Of a stretch of 53,515 bases of DNA, positions 7,429 to 14,801 are shown piece after piece. The stretch covers positions 1 through 53,515 of the forward strand of contig JACROI010000032.1 of the NCBI GenBank assembly GCA_016214465.1, in the 5' to 3' direction. Numbering within the stretch: position 1 is the stretch's first letter; every line of letters begins with the position of its first letter. The position numbers and the translations under genes are program-made. This stretch comes from Candidatus Magasanikiibacteriota bacterium. GTDB lineage: Bacteria > Patescibacteriota > Patescibacteriia > Magasanikbacterales > UBA10003. The notes beneath the pieces were generated by a model. The model was not told the origin of the DNA. It did no database searches and saw only the letters and a program-made list of their open reading frames with translations.

Positions 7429-10143
7429 ATGTCAAAAAAGACATACGCGATTTTTATAACGCTGGCAATGTCGGTTATTTTAGGCGTGGTTCTGCCGGTA
7501 CAAGCGGCCGGGTGGGTGGCGCAGAGTTCGGGGACAACTCAGGCACTGAATGGTGTGAATTTTACTGACTATTGGAATGGTCTGGCTGTTGGGTATAACG
7601 GCACCATTTTAGATTTTATTAGTAATGGCTGGGTAGCACGGAATTCCGGGGTTGAGAACACTCTTCAAGATGTTGACGTGTATGGCGGCAGTATGGCTTT
7701 GGTTGTGGGAGACAATGGTACGATTTTGAAGACGACCAATGGTGGAAGTACTTGGGAGCCACAAAATTCCGGAGTGACTGCTATTTTATATGGGGTGAAA
7801 ATAATAAATAGCAGTATTGCTTATGTTGTTGGTCAGTGGGGCACGATTTTGAAAACCACTAATGGCGGCGCTACTTGGTTGCCATTGACATCAGGGACTT
7901 TCAAAGATTTGCACGATATTACCGTTTCTCCCAATTCAAACTCTGTGCTATGGGCGGTTGGGAAAAATAGCATTGTGCTTTACTCAAATAATGCCGGTTT
8001 TACCTGGAATGAGTATGCGGTATCCACAGATAATAGAGCCTTAGCTGCCGTTCGCAGTCTTTCTTCTTCTATCTTACTGGCGGCCGGCAGTACTGGCAAT
8101 CCTGCGGATTACAAGATTTCACGTAGTATTGATGCCGGCGCCACCTGGAGTCAAGCCGCGAGCGATGTTGCGATAACCGGTTTTGTTGAGGATATTGACA
8201 TGAATGGTTTGTTTGGGTTTGCTGTCGGTTATGGCAGTAACACGTTTAAGACTAGCGACGGTGGATTAAATTGGAGTAAGATTAATATTGCGCCAGGTAA
8301 TAATTTTTATGGTGTAGATGTACTGGGCGCGGCGGCAGTAGCGGTTGGGTATGGCGGACAGATTATGAAATATGATGAAACAGCGCCGAATGCGCCAACT
8401 AATCTTATCAAAACAACCGCTGACAGCATTAATATACCGGAGTTTACATGGAGCGCGGCGAATGATGACTCTTTTGGCACAGGCATTGCCAAATATCAAT
8501 ATTCTTTAGATGGTTCCCTGTCTTATGTCAATGTCGATATTGGCACTTCAGCCACCGTCACCAGCGCTCTTTCTAACGGACCTCACACCATATCTGTTCG
8601 CGCTGTTGATAAGGCGGATAATAATAGTGTTTCGGCGACATTGAGTTTTACCATCGGCGCGCCTGATACTACTCCTCCAACCGTTGGCGCTGTCACGCAA
8701 ACTACTGCCACGGTTGGGTCTGCTCAAACTTTTTCCGCCGCATATTCCGATAACGTTGGCGTAACCAATTGTTGGTTTTATGTCAATGACGCGCTTCAAG
8801 ATGGAAGTATGAATTTAAGTAATGGTTTGGCCAGCAAATTATATACTTTTACATCAGCGGGCAGTTATTCTGTGAAAGTCGCTTGTACTGATGGCGCTAA
8901 TGATGGTTGGGGAACACCAGTTACTGTCGTAGTTTCAGCCGCGGCCGGGCCTGACACTACCGCACCTGACACAATTATAAATAGCAAACCGTCATTGAGT
9001 ACAGTCAGCACCTCGGCAACTTTTGGATTTTTCGCCAACGAATCAGCTACTTTTGAATGTAAATTAGATACTGGAATTTTTGCCGTTTGCACAAGTCCTA
9101 AAATTTATGACGGTTTGTCAGTTGGCAGCCATACTTTTCAAGTGCGCGCGATTGACACCGCCGGCAATGTTGACGCCACTCCGGATTCCTATACTTGGAC
9201 AATAACCACCGCGCCGGCAGTGGCGGCAGACACCGTGGCTCCATCAACACCTTCGGGCTTGCAAAAAATAAGCAATGAGGCAGACGCAACCCCGACTTTT
9301 GTTTGGAATTCCACGAGCGATAATGTTGGCGTAACTTCGTATTTGATTCAAATTGACAACGGCTCTTTGATTGATAATGGCGGATCCACCAGCTATACCA
9401 TTCCCAGTAATTTGAGCAACGGCTCACACTCATTCAAAGTTTTGGCCAAAGACGCGGCTGGCAACACCAGTCTGACCAGTTCTTTCACTTTTACTGTTAA
9501 TGCCAGCGCCGCGGCTGTTTCCTGCCCGTTAAACACGCAAAAGGCCTATAAAAGTTCCGCTTCCAAAGCGGTCTTCTACATCACCGCCGATTGCACCAAG
9601 CGGCCATTTAAAAATGGCCCGTCTTTTTTCACCTATTTTGATTCTTGGTCTGAAGTAATCACCACCACTAAAACAATTCTGGATTCCATTGCCAATGACC
9701 AGCTCGGTTTCACGCCGGCCGGACCAAAATATGATCCAAAATATGGCGCGTTGGTGAAAATTGTCACTGACCAGAAAGTGTATTTGCTTTTGGGCACTGA
9801 AAAATATTGGATTATTTCCGAATCGGTTTTCATTGGCTTGAAATACGATTGGAAATGGATTGAAGATGTGGACGCGGGCTTGCTTGATAAATATTCCATT
9901 GGCTCGGAAATCACCTATACTGACCACCACCCGAATTACACTATTGTTAAATATGCCGGCTTTGCCAATACTTATCGCTTGGAGCCGGATCCTGATGATT
10001 ATTCCAAACAAGTGAAGCGTTGGATTAAAAATGAAAAGATTTTCAATGCCTTGAAATTCCGCTGGGACCGCATTGTCACCGTGCCCAATAATGAGACCTA
10101 CAAAGACGGAAAAGTAATGGATGAAAGTGAAGTGAATCTTTAA
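7429..10143 (+). CDS. Large secreted protein: BNR/Ycf48-like beta-propeller plus Ig-like repeats
   Basis: The signal peptide is MSKKTYAIFITLAMSVILGVVLPVQA. S/T-x-D/N-G-G-x-T/N-W motifs recur (TTNGGSTWEP, TTNGGATWLP, SIDAGATWSQ, TSDGGLNWSK). Repeated about 100-aa segments then follow with DTTPP/DTTAP/DTVAP linkers. The ATG at 7429 is preferred to the ORF-track start. Confidence 0.7.
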   Translation: MSKKTYAIFITLAMSVILGVVLPVQAAGWVAQSSGTTQALNGVNFTDYWNGLAVGYNGTILDFISNGWVARNSGVENTLQDVDVYGGSMALVVGDNGTILKTTNGGSTWEPQNSGVTAILYGVKIINSSIAYVVGQWGTILKTTNGGATWLPLTSGTFKDLHDITVSPNSNSVLWAVGKNSIVLYSNNAGFTWNEYAVSTDNRALAAVRSLSSSILLAAGSTGNPADYKISRSIDAGATWSQAASDVAITGFVEDIDMNGLFGFAVGYGSNTFKTSDGGLNWSKINIAPGNNFYGVDVLGAAAVAVGYGGQIMKYDETAPNAPTNLIKTTADSINIPEFTWSAANDDSFGTGIAKYQYSLDGSLSYVNVDIGTSATVTSALSNGPHTISVRAVDKADNNSVSATLSFTIGAPDTTPPTVGAVTQTTATVGSAQTFSAAYSDNVGVTNCWFYVNDALQDGSMNLSNGLASKLYTFTSAGSYSVKVACTDGANDGWGTPVTVVVSAAAGPDTTAPDTIINSKPSLSTVSTSATFGFFANESATFECKLDTGIFAVCTSPKIYDGLSVGSHTFQVRAIDTAGNVDATPDSYTWTITTAPAVAADTVAPSTPSGLQKISNEADATPTFVWNSTSDNVGVTSYLIQIDNGSLIDNGGSTSYTIPSNLSNGSHSFKVLAKDAAGNTSLTSSFTFTVNASAAAVSCPLNTQKAYKSSASKAVFYITADCTKRPFKNGPSFFTYFDSWSEVITTTKTILDSIANDQLGFTPAGPKYDPKYGALVKIVTDQKVYLLLGTEKYWIISESVFIGLKYDWKWIEDVDAGLLDKYSIGSEITYTDHHPNYTIVKYAGFANTYRLEPDPDDYSKQVKRWIKNEKIFNALKFRWDRIVTVPNNETYKDGKVMDESEVNL

Positions 10144-10175
10144 ATCGTTTTAACTATTTTAATTATTTAAACTAT

Positions 10176-10904
10176 ATGAAAATATATTTGCGAAAGATAT
10201 TAATGGTGGTGATGGTTTTGGGTTTATTCGCGGCTCAAAATGTTTTTGCCGCCTTGCCAAAACCAGCGCCGAAATATCTAAATATCACTACCGGCAATCC
10301 GCAAGTGATGAAAAACGATAAATTTTTTGTCAGTATCAATTTATCCAACGCCAATAAAAATCAAAAGACAGAAATAAAAATGGATGGCCAAGTGATTAAA
10401 ACATGCGGCGTTGTTTATACTTGCAAAGGCACAATAGGTCCTTTTTCTGATGAAGAAATTGGTGAACATTTTTTTTCTTTCTTGATAACTGGTAAAAATG
10501 GAATGACTTCTGAACCGTGGGGCAAATTTGAAGTAGTTGACGGAGATAAAGACCAGTATGGGGATTGGTTTCAGAAAATTCGCATTGTCGTTCCGAGCTA
10601 TCAATATGAAATTGGGAAGAAATTTAACATCCTACTTTACATCACTGATAAAAAATCGGTCTACTATATGGATGCGGCCATTGATAATGAAGAATTAATG
10701 GATATGGGTTTTTTTGACAAAAATCAGAATTTGGGCGCGAAGACTTATTCTTCAGGTCGTTCATTGCCGGCTTTTAAAAAGGCGGATATTGGCGAGCACA
10801 CTTTTTCTTTCACAGTTAAGGCCCCTAATGGCGATTTGATTGAATTAAGTAGCAGTTTTTGGATAGTGGACAAGGGGCAGGTAATGCCGCCGCCGGTTGA
10901 ATAA
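10176..10904 (+). CDS. Secreted hypothetical protein with internal duplication
   Basis: A signal peptide is present (MVVMVLGLFAAQNVFA). Two similar halves each carry an IGEH(F/T)FSF motif. Confidence 0.6.
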   Translation: MKIYLRKILMVVMVLGLFAAQNVFAALPKPAPKYLNITTGNPQVMKNDKFFVSINLSNANKNQKTEIKMDGQVIKTCGVVYTCKGTIGPFSDEEIGEHFFSFLITGKNGMTSEPWGKFEVVDGDKDQYGDWFQKIRIVVPSYQYEIGKKFNILLYITDKKSVYYMDAAIDNEELMDMGFFDKNQNLGAKTYSSGRSLPAFKKADIGEHTFSFTVKAPNGDLIELSSSFWIVDKGQVMPPPVE

Positions 10905-10911
10905 TGATAGC

Positions 10912-10939
10912 TTGACTTTTTGTAGGTTTTTATTACAAT
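10912..10939 (+). promoter_or_regulatory. Sigma70-like promoter TTGACT-16-TACAAT upstream of the first DGR target gene
   Basis: ttgact (10912-10917), a 16-nt spacer, then tacaat (10934-10939). Confidence 0.4.
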
Positions 10940-11019
10940 ATAAGCACTATGCCGTTACATAAAATTGGTCTGCCGGAATTTGCTCAAATTGAACCATCGC
11001 CGGATTCTCCGCCCAGCAG

Positions 11020-13827
11020 ATGTGGGATATTTTTCAAGATTTGAAAAAATCTTGGAGTGATTTTTTGCGCGCGAGCAACGCGAAGAAAAAATCCAGTGAG
11101 TCAGACGAGGATGAACGCGACTCGTTTAACATTTTGTTTGAAAAAGATAATCCAATCGCTGAGCAATTTCGCGCTTCCGCCACTTTTAAAAATCTTCAGC
11201 CGTGTCTGCACGCAATTTATAGCGACCCGGAAGCGCGTTTGGCTTGGGAGCAAGGTATGCAAAGACACAGCTCACAGTGGGAAAATGTTAATGGCAACTG
11301 GATCGAGTATCGCTTAATTGACGGCCGCCGTAAAGCGCTGGAAAAAAATTATGACGAGCTTCAGCAGGAAAAGTTTAATGCGCGTGCGAAACCGGCGCGG
11401 GAACGCCGCCGCACTTTGCAAGATGATTTAGCTGCCAAAGAATTGGAGCTGGCAGTGGTACGCTCAGAACAAGAAGTTCTGCGTCAAAAGTCGCCGGAGC
11501 TGGCCGCGAAAATTCTCGCGTCTGAACTTGAAGCTCGCCGCAAAGAATTACAGACCAAAGACGGGTTTATGTGGTTTCCTTCTCGGCGCGCCATTTTGGA
11601 AACCATTGAGGCACGCATGGCGGATAAAAATACTCTACGGCTTATCACGCTTGAAGGTCAAGCCGGTACTGGCAAAACATCATTTGTCCGCGCTTTGGCC
11701 AATAAATTTACCAAAGAAAACCCGGTTGAGGTAACGGTAAAAAGTAAAACAAAAGTGGACCGCCAACTTTTGGCCGACGAGACCTTGGACAGTAGCCATC
11801 CGGTTGTTTATCGTCCTATTCTTAAAGCCATTACCGGCAAAGCGCGTCCGGAAGACAAACCAACTGGGGACGGCAGGATTGCTTTTGTTGATGAGTTGAA
11901 CAAAGGCGATAATGACGAGATTGGCGACCTGGCCACTGTGCTTGATGGCTTGAAAGTCGGCGGCGTCACTCATTATGAGGGAATGGGAGCCAATCCCAAT
12001 GATAAAGTTTTGCCAAACGCGCTGGTGCTGGCAGCTCAAAATCCGGCTGGTGCCCGTTTTCTCAACCGCACCAAGTTCACTCCGGAGGTTCAGCGTAAAA
12101 TGGACATGATTCAACTTGATTATTTTCCTCAAACCAATGATAATCCTGAGCTATATGAGGCCTTTTTGGTCGCGCTAATGGATCAAGACGGCCGTATTCA
12201 AGCAAAAAAGTCGGAAATGTCTCCAGTCTGGGTCGCTCAATCAATCAAAGATAACAATGGACAAGAAATCGGTGTTCAGGATTCGCTCGTAACCGATGTC
12301 AAACATGGCGGTATGTTATGGCGTGTCGCGGAGATGCTTCATCAGTCATATGAAAATTTGGCCAAACGGAAAAATGCGCTTACCGATTCCAATTCCGACG
12401 CGCATATTCAAGGCCGCGTGCTTCCACCCGGAGATATTATGGCTTGGCTGGCCATGTATCGCAAAGAAGTTAAAAAAGGAATATCGCTTGAGCATTTTAT
12501 TTCCACGAAATTTTTTGATTGGCTTGAATCAAGTTTCACGGCCGACCATGATCAAGAGGACAAACGGCTGTATTTGGAATTGGCGGAAAAATATAGCATA
12601 ATACAAAAAACAGCCGCCGGTGAATATCAGGCAATGCCTCAAAATAAAATTGAAATTGACACGCTTACTCAACGGGATGTAGCTGAGCTTTCTCCGCGCG
12701 TTCCCCGCCATTTTATTCCTAAAGAGAAAGAAGCGCGTCCGTCTGATTACGCGCGCGGCATAATTGATTGGACAGCGCCGGATGGCAGGATTCATCGCCG
12801 TGTTGAATTTCGTTATGAGAAAATCGCGTTGCCGAAATTTTTCCGTTTGCCAGATTCAAAAGACGACGCGCCGATGTATCAAATTGTTGGAACAATAAAG
12901 GAATGTGAAAGTTTGCCGGAATTGATCGGTAAGCCGTATTTTAAAAAAGTTGAAAAAGATACAAATCAAGAATCTCCCACCTCTTTCATTGTCCGCGATT
13001 CACTCAACCCCTATCGCGAAGCCCTCTTGGCCGGCGGCATTGTCGCGTCTGATCCTGCTGTGGCAGAACGCAAGGATATGGCGATTGATTTAATTCAGCT
13101 TTTATCACAAGATCAATCATCATATCAAGCCGCCGGTCTGGCTGAATGGGCTAAATCATTGAATAATCTGGAAAGCCGTTTATCAGCCCTTTCTCCTGAA
13201 AAAAGAAAAATAGTGGAGCAAGAAATCAAAGACGGCTCCATCCCGGTCTTTATGCCAGGCAAAGACATCCAGTTTAGTTTGACCGTGGAGCAACTAACCA
13301 AACAACTCAAACCGCTGTGGATAAAAAACAGCCAAGCTCAAACTGTGGCCGACGGTTATTTGGAATTGGATTATTTTATCAATCTTATTCAAACCAAAGC
13401 CAAAGAATTACTGGTTGATGTGCCGGCTAACCCATATATTCTGCTGACCAAGCCGACTCAAGCTCCTGATGTCCGCACTTGCGACAAAACTCTAGACCTG
13501 CAAAAAGCCGAACTCCAAGCCATCAACAAAGAAAGAAAAAAACAAAACCAAGCCACTGCCTATTCCATGAATCCGCACGAATACGCGGCTCTTCAAGTCC
13601 TGTTCACCAAACGAACCCAATCAGAATCCGCCGTTCCTCTTACCGATTTAACCCCCTTAGACAGCAACACATGGACAAGATTTATTCATCTCCCGTTCTC
13701 TTCTGGCGGCAGTGTTCCGAGCGGTTGCTTCTACCCCGATGACCGCCGGCTTGGGTTCGGCTGGGGCGGTGCCGCGGGCGCGGATGCCGGGGGCGGCTTC
13801 CGCCTCTCGGTGAGGACAGAAATTTAA
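11020..13827 (+). CDS. DGR target protein 1: AAA+ (MoxR/AAA_5-like) ATPase fused to a C-terminal variable ligand-binding domain (VR1)
   Basis: Walker A GQAGTGKTS, Walker B RIAFVDELNKG and sensor-1-like LVLAAQNPAG are present. No signal peptide or TM segment is seen. The last ~290 aa are paralogous to ORF 18346-19281. The C-terminus ...GGSVPSGCFYPDDRRLGFGWGGAAGADAGGGFRLSVRTEI is encoded by VR1. Confidence 0.85.
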   Translation: MWDIFQDLKKSWSDFLRASNAKKKSSESDEDERDSFNILFEKDNPIAEQFRASATFKNLQPCLHAIYSDPEARLAWEQGMQRHSSQWENVNGNWIEYRLIDGRRKALEKNYDELQQEKFNARAKPARERRRTLQDDLAAKELELAVVRSEQEVLRQKSPELAAKILASELEARRKELQTKDGFMWFPSRRAILETIEARMADKNTLRLITLEGQAGTGKTSFVRALANKFTKENPVEVTVKSKTKVDRQLLADETLDSSHPVVYRPILKAITGKARPEDKPTGDGRIAFVDELNKGDNDEIGDLATVLDGLKVGGVTHYEGMGANPNDKVLPNALVLAAQNPAGARFLNRTKFTPEVQRKMDMIQLDYFPQTNDNPELYEAFLVALMDQDGRIQAKKSEMSPVWVAQSIKDNNGQEIGVQDSLVTDVKHGGMLWRVAEMLHQSYENLAKRKNALTDSNSDAHIQGRVLPPGDIMAWLAMYRKEVKKGISLEHFISTKFFDWLESSFTADHDQEDKRLYLELAEKYSIIQKTAAGEYQAMPQNKIEIDTLTQRDVAELSPRVPRHFIPKEKEARPSDYARGIIDWTAPDGRIHRRVEFRYEKIALPKFFRLPDSKDDAPMYQIVGTIKECESLPELIGKPYFKKVEKDTNQESPTSFIVRDSLNPYREALLAGGIVASDPAVAERKDMAIDLIQLLSQDQSSYQAAGLAEWAKSLNNLESRLSALSPEKRKIVEQEIKDGSIPVFMPGKDIQFSLTVEQLTKQLKPLWIKNSQAQTVADGYLELDYFINLIQTKAKELLVDVPANPYILLTKPTQAPDVRTCDKTLDLQKAELQAINKERKKQNQATAYSMNPHEYAALQVLFTKRTQSESAVPLTDLTPLDSNTWTRFIHLPFSSGGSVPSGCFYPDDRRLGFGWGGAAGADAGGGFRLSVRTEI
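12970..13091 (+). repeat. 122-nt near-identical DNA block shared by the two DGR target genes (copy A)
   Basis: It matches 18427-18548 with 3 mismatches by hand alignment. It encodes ESPTSFIVRDSLNPYREALL.GG.VASDPAVAERKDMAIDL. The sequence between this block and the VR is far more diverged between the paralogues. Confidence 0.8.
13697..13816 (+). repeat. DGR variable repeat VR1
   Basis: It aligns to TR 14295-14414. The 8 mismatches are all at TR adenines (VR1 positions 13706, 13712, 13721, 13727, 13732, 13748, 13753, 13762). Confidence 0.92.
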
Positions 13828-13839
13828 GTTTGATAATTG

Positions 13840-13911
13840 AAATGAGCGAGACAAAAGAAAAGTATTTTCTTTTGCGAGCGAATGAAATTATATGGCGAAG
13901 CCATATAATTG
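13840..13911 (+). other. 72-nt insertion in the VR1 3' flank (absent from the VR2 flank) with two perfect hairpins and 7-nt direct repeats
   Basis: The flanks tttgat(a/g)attg and ggattttttaagttttaagttttggttttcgattc are shared with 19271-19330. The insert is bounded by ataattg (13833-13839 and 13905-13911). The hairpins are caaaagaaaa-gta-ttttcttttg (13852-13874) and aattatatggc-gaa-gccatataatt (13886-13910). Confidence 0.7.
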
Positions 13912-14054
13912 GGATTTTTTAAGTTTTAAGTTTTGGTTTTCGATTCACTTTTTTTCCGCTTTTTTTGGTAGGAGCTGAAAAATGGTTAATAGAACCTTGC
14001 GCAATGCGCAAATGGTTTACCAGCTGATGTGACCGACTTGGCAGAGTCCAAAAT

Positions 14055-14132
14055 GGGTCTGTCGCCAAATAGTGTCTTTTGTCATTCCAGCGAAAGCGGG
14101 AATGATAATTTTGCTCATTTGGCGACAGTCCC
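14055..14132. other. Nested palindromic element (possible structured RNA or REP/MITE-like unit) between VR1 and TR
   Basis: The outer stem gggtctgtcgccaaat (14055-14070) pairs with atttggcgacagtccc (14117-14132) with one mismatch. It encloses the inner hairpin tcattcc-agcgaaagcg-ggaatga (14082-14105). Confidence 0.5.
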
Positions 14133-14293
14133 AAAAGATTAAATTTTTTGGAGAGGCCGTCGGCGCATCGTTTTGATGATTTAGTTGTGATTGTTGCATT
14201 GAAAGAAAATGTCCTCACGCGCGCGGCATAATATCGGCAGAGACGCAGTTGCGGCCGGGTTGATGTTTGCCGTGTTTTTCGGAGGCGGCGCCG

Positions 14294-14414
14294 CTCTCTT
14301 CTGACGGCAATGTTCCGAACGGTTACTTCAACCCCGATGACCGCCAGCTTAGGTTCGGCAGGGGCGGTGCCGCGGGCGCGGATGCCGGGGGCGGCTTCCG
14401 CCTCTCGGTGAGGA
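14294..14414 (+). repeat. DGR template repeat (TR)
   Basis: This is the 121-nt master copy of VR1/VR2. It contains 16 adenines, 9 of which are substituted in at least one VR. The 3' 54 nt are GC-rich and identical in all three copies (IMH-like). No functional N-terminal coding context exists upstream. Confidence 0.9.
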
Positions 14415-14423
14415 TGAATTTAC

Positions 14424-14801
14424 TTAATTTGATCCGGCTCGCACGCTGGCCAGCCATCCTCCGGCCATGCGAGAAAGTTCCTCCACCTGGTCGCTCCACG
14501 CAAAAAATTGATGTTCGTTGATAATATTTTCGTCAAGAGCCAGACGAATGAACAATTGTACTGTTTGAATTGTGCCGATAATTTTTAGGATATGAGGTTC
14601 TTTAAGAGGTTGGCGGGCGTAAAGAGCTTGGCCGGTCTGTTCCACAATTGTTAAAATTGCGGTTTGCAGTTTTTCTCCAAGACCATAACGCCATGGTTTT
14701 TTAAAATTTTGCGCGGCGGACGCTATTGGGCGATAAAGAAGATAACTTTTGAATATGAGCGGCGTTGAAGCAAAAATTGAATCCTGCGATGTAGAAGGCA
14801 T
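14424..14801 (-). CDS. avd: Avd-like accessory variability determinant (four-helix-bundle protein)
   Basis: The 125-aa product is YLLYRPIASAAQNFKKPWRYGLGEKLQTAILTIVEQTGQALYA...IQTVQLFIRLALDENIINEHQFFAWSDQVEELSRMAGGWLASV. It follows the helix pattern of Bordetella phage Avd and of 'four helix bundle / 23S rRNA-intervening-sequence' proteins. The start is taken at Met39 of the ORF-track entry. It lies on the opposite strand to TR and RT. Confidence 0.75.
   Translation of the reverse strand: MPSTSQDSIFASTPLIFKSYLLYRPIASAAQNFKKPWRYGLGEKLQTAILTIVEQTGQALYARQPLKEPHILKIIGTIQTVQLFIRLALDENIINEHQFFAWSDQVEELSRMAGGWLASVRAGSN

Noticed and set aside
10949-11044. 31-aa ORF (MPLHKIGLPEFAQIEPSPDSPPSRCGIFFKI) starting 9 nt after the -10 box and overlapping the start of DGR target 1
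   Set aside because: It could be a leaderless upstream ORF or a frameshifted N-terminal extension. There is no supporting motif or conservation evidence, and the 11020 frame is closed by a stop at 10990-10992. It is left unannotated.
13919-14218. 99-aa minus-strand ORF between VR1 and TR
   Set aside because: The product is basic and of low complexity. It spans the shared VR flank repeat and the nested palindrome. No RBS, promoter or recognisable motif was found. It is probably a non-coding structured region.
14267-14521. ORF-track CDS of 84 aa resembling the C-terminus of the DGR targets
   Set aside because: It is the DGR template repeat read through in frame. It has only the last ~40 residues of the target domain and no upstream domain. 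It has an alternative start with no RBS. It runs on into the antisense of avd. It is treated as a non-coding TR.
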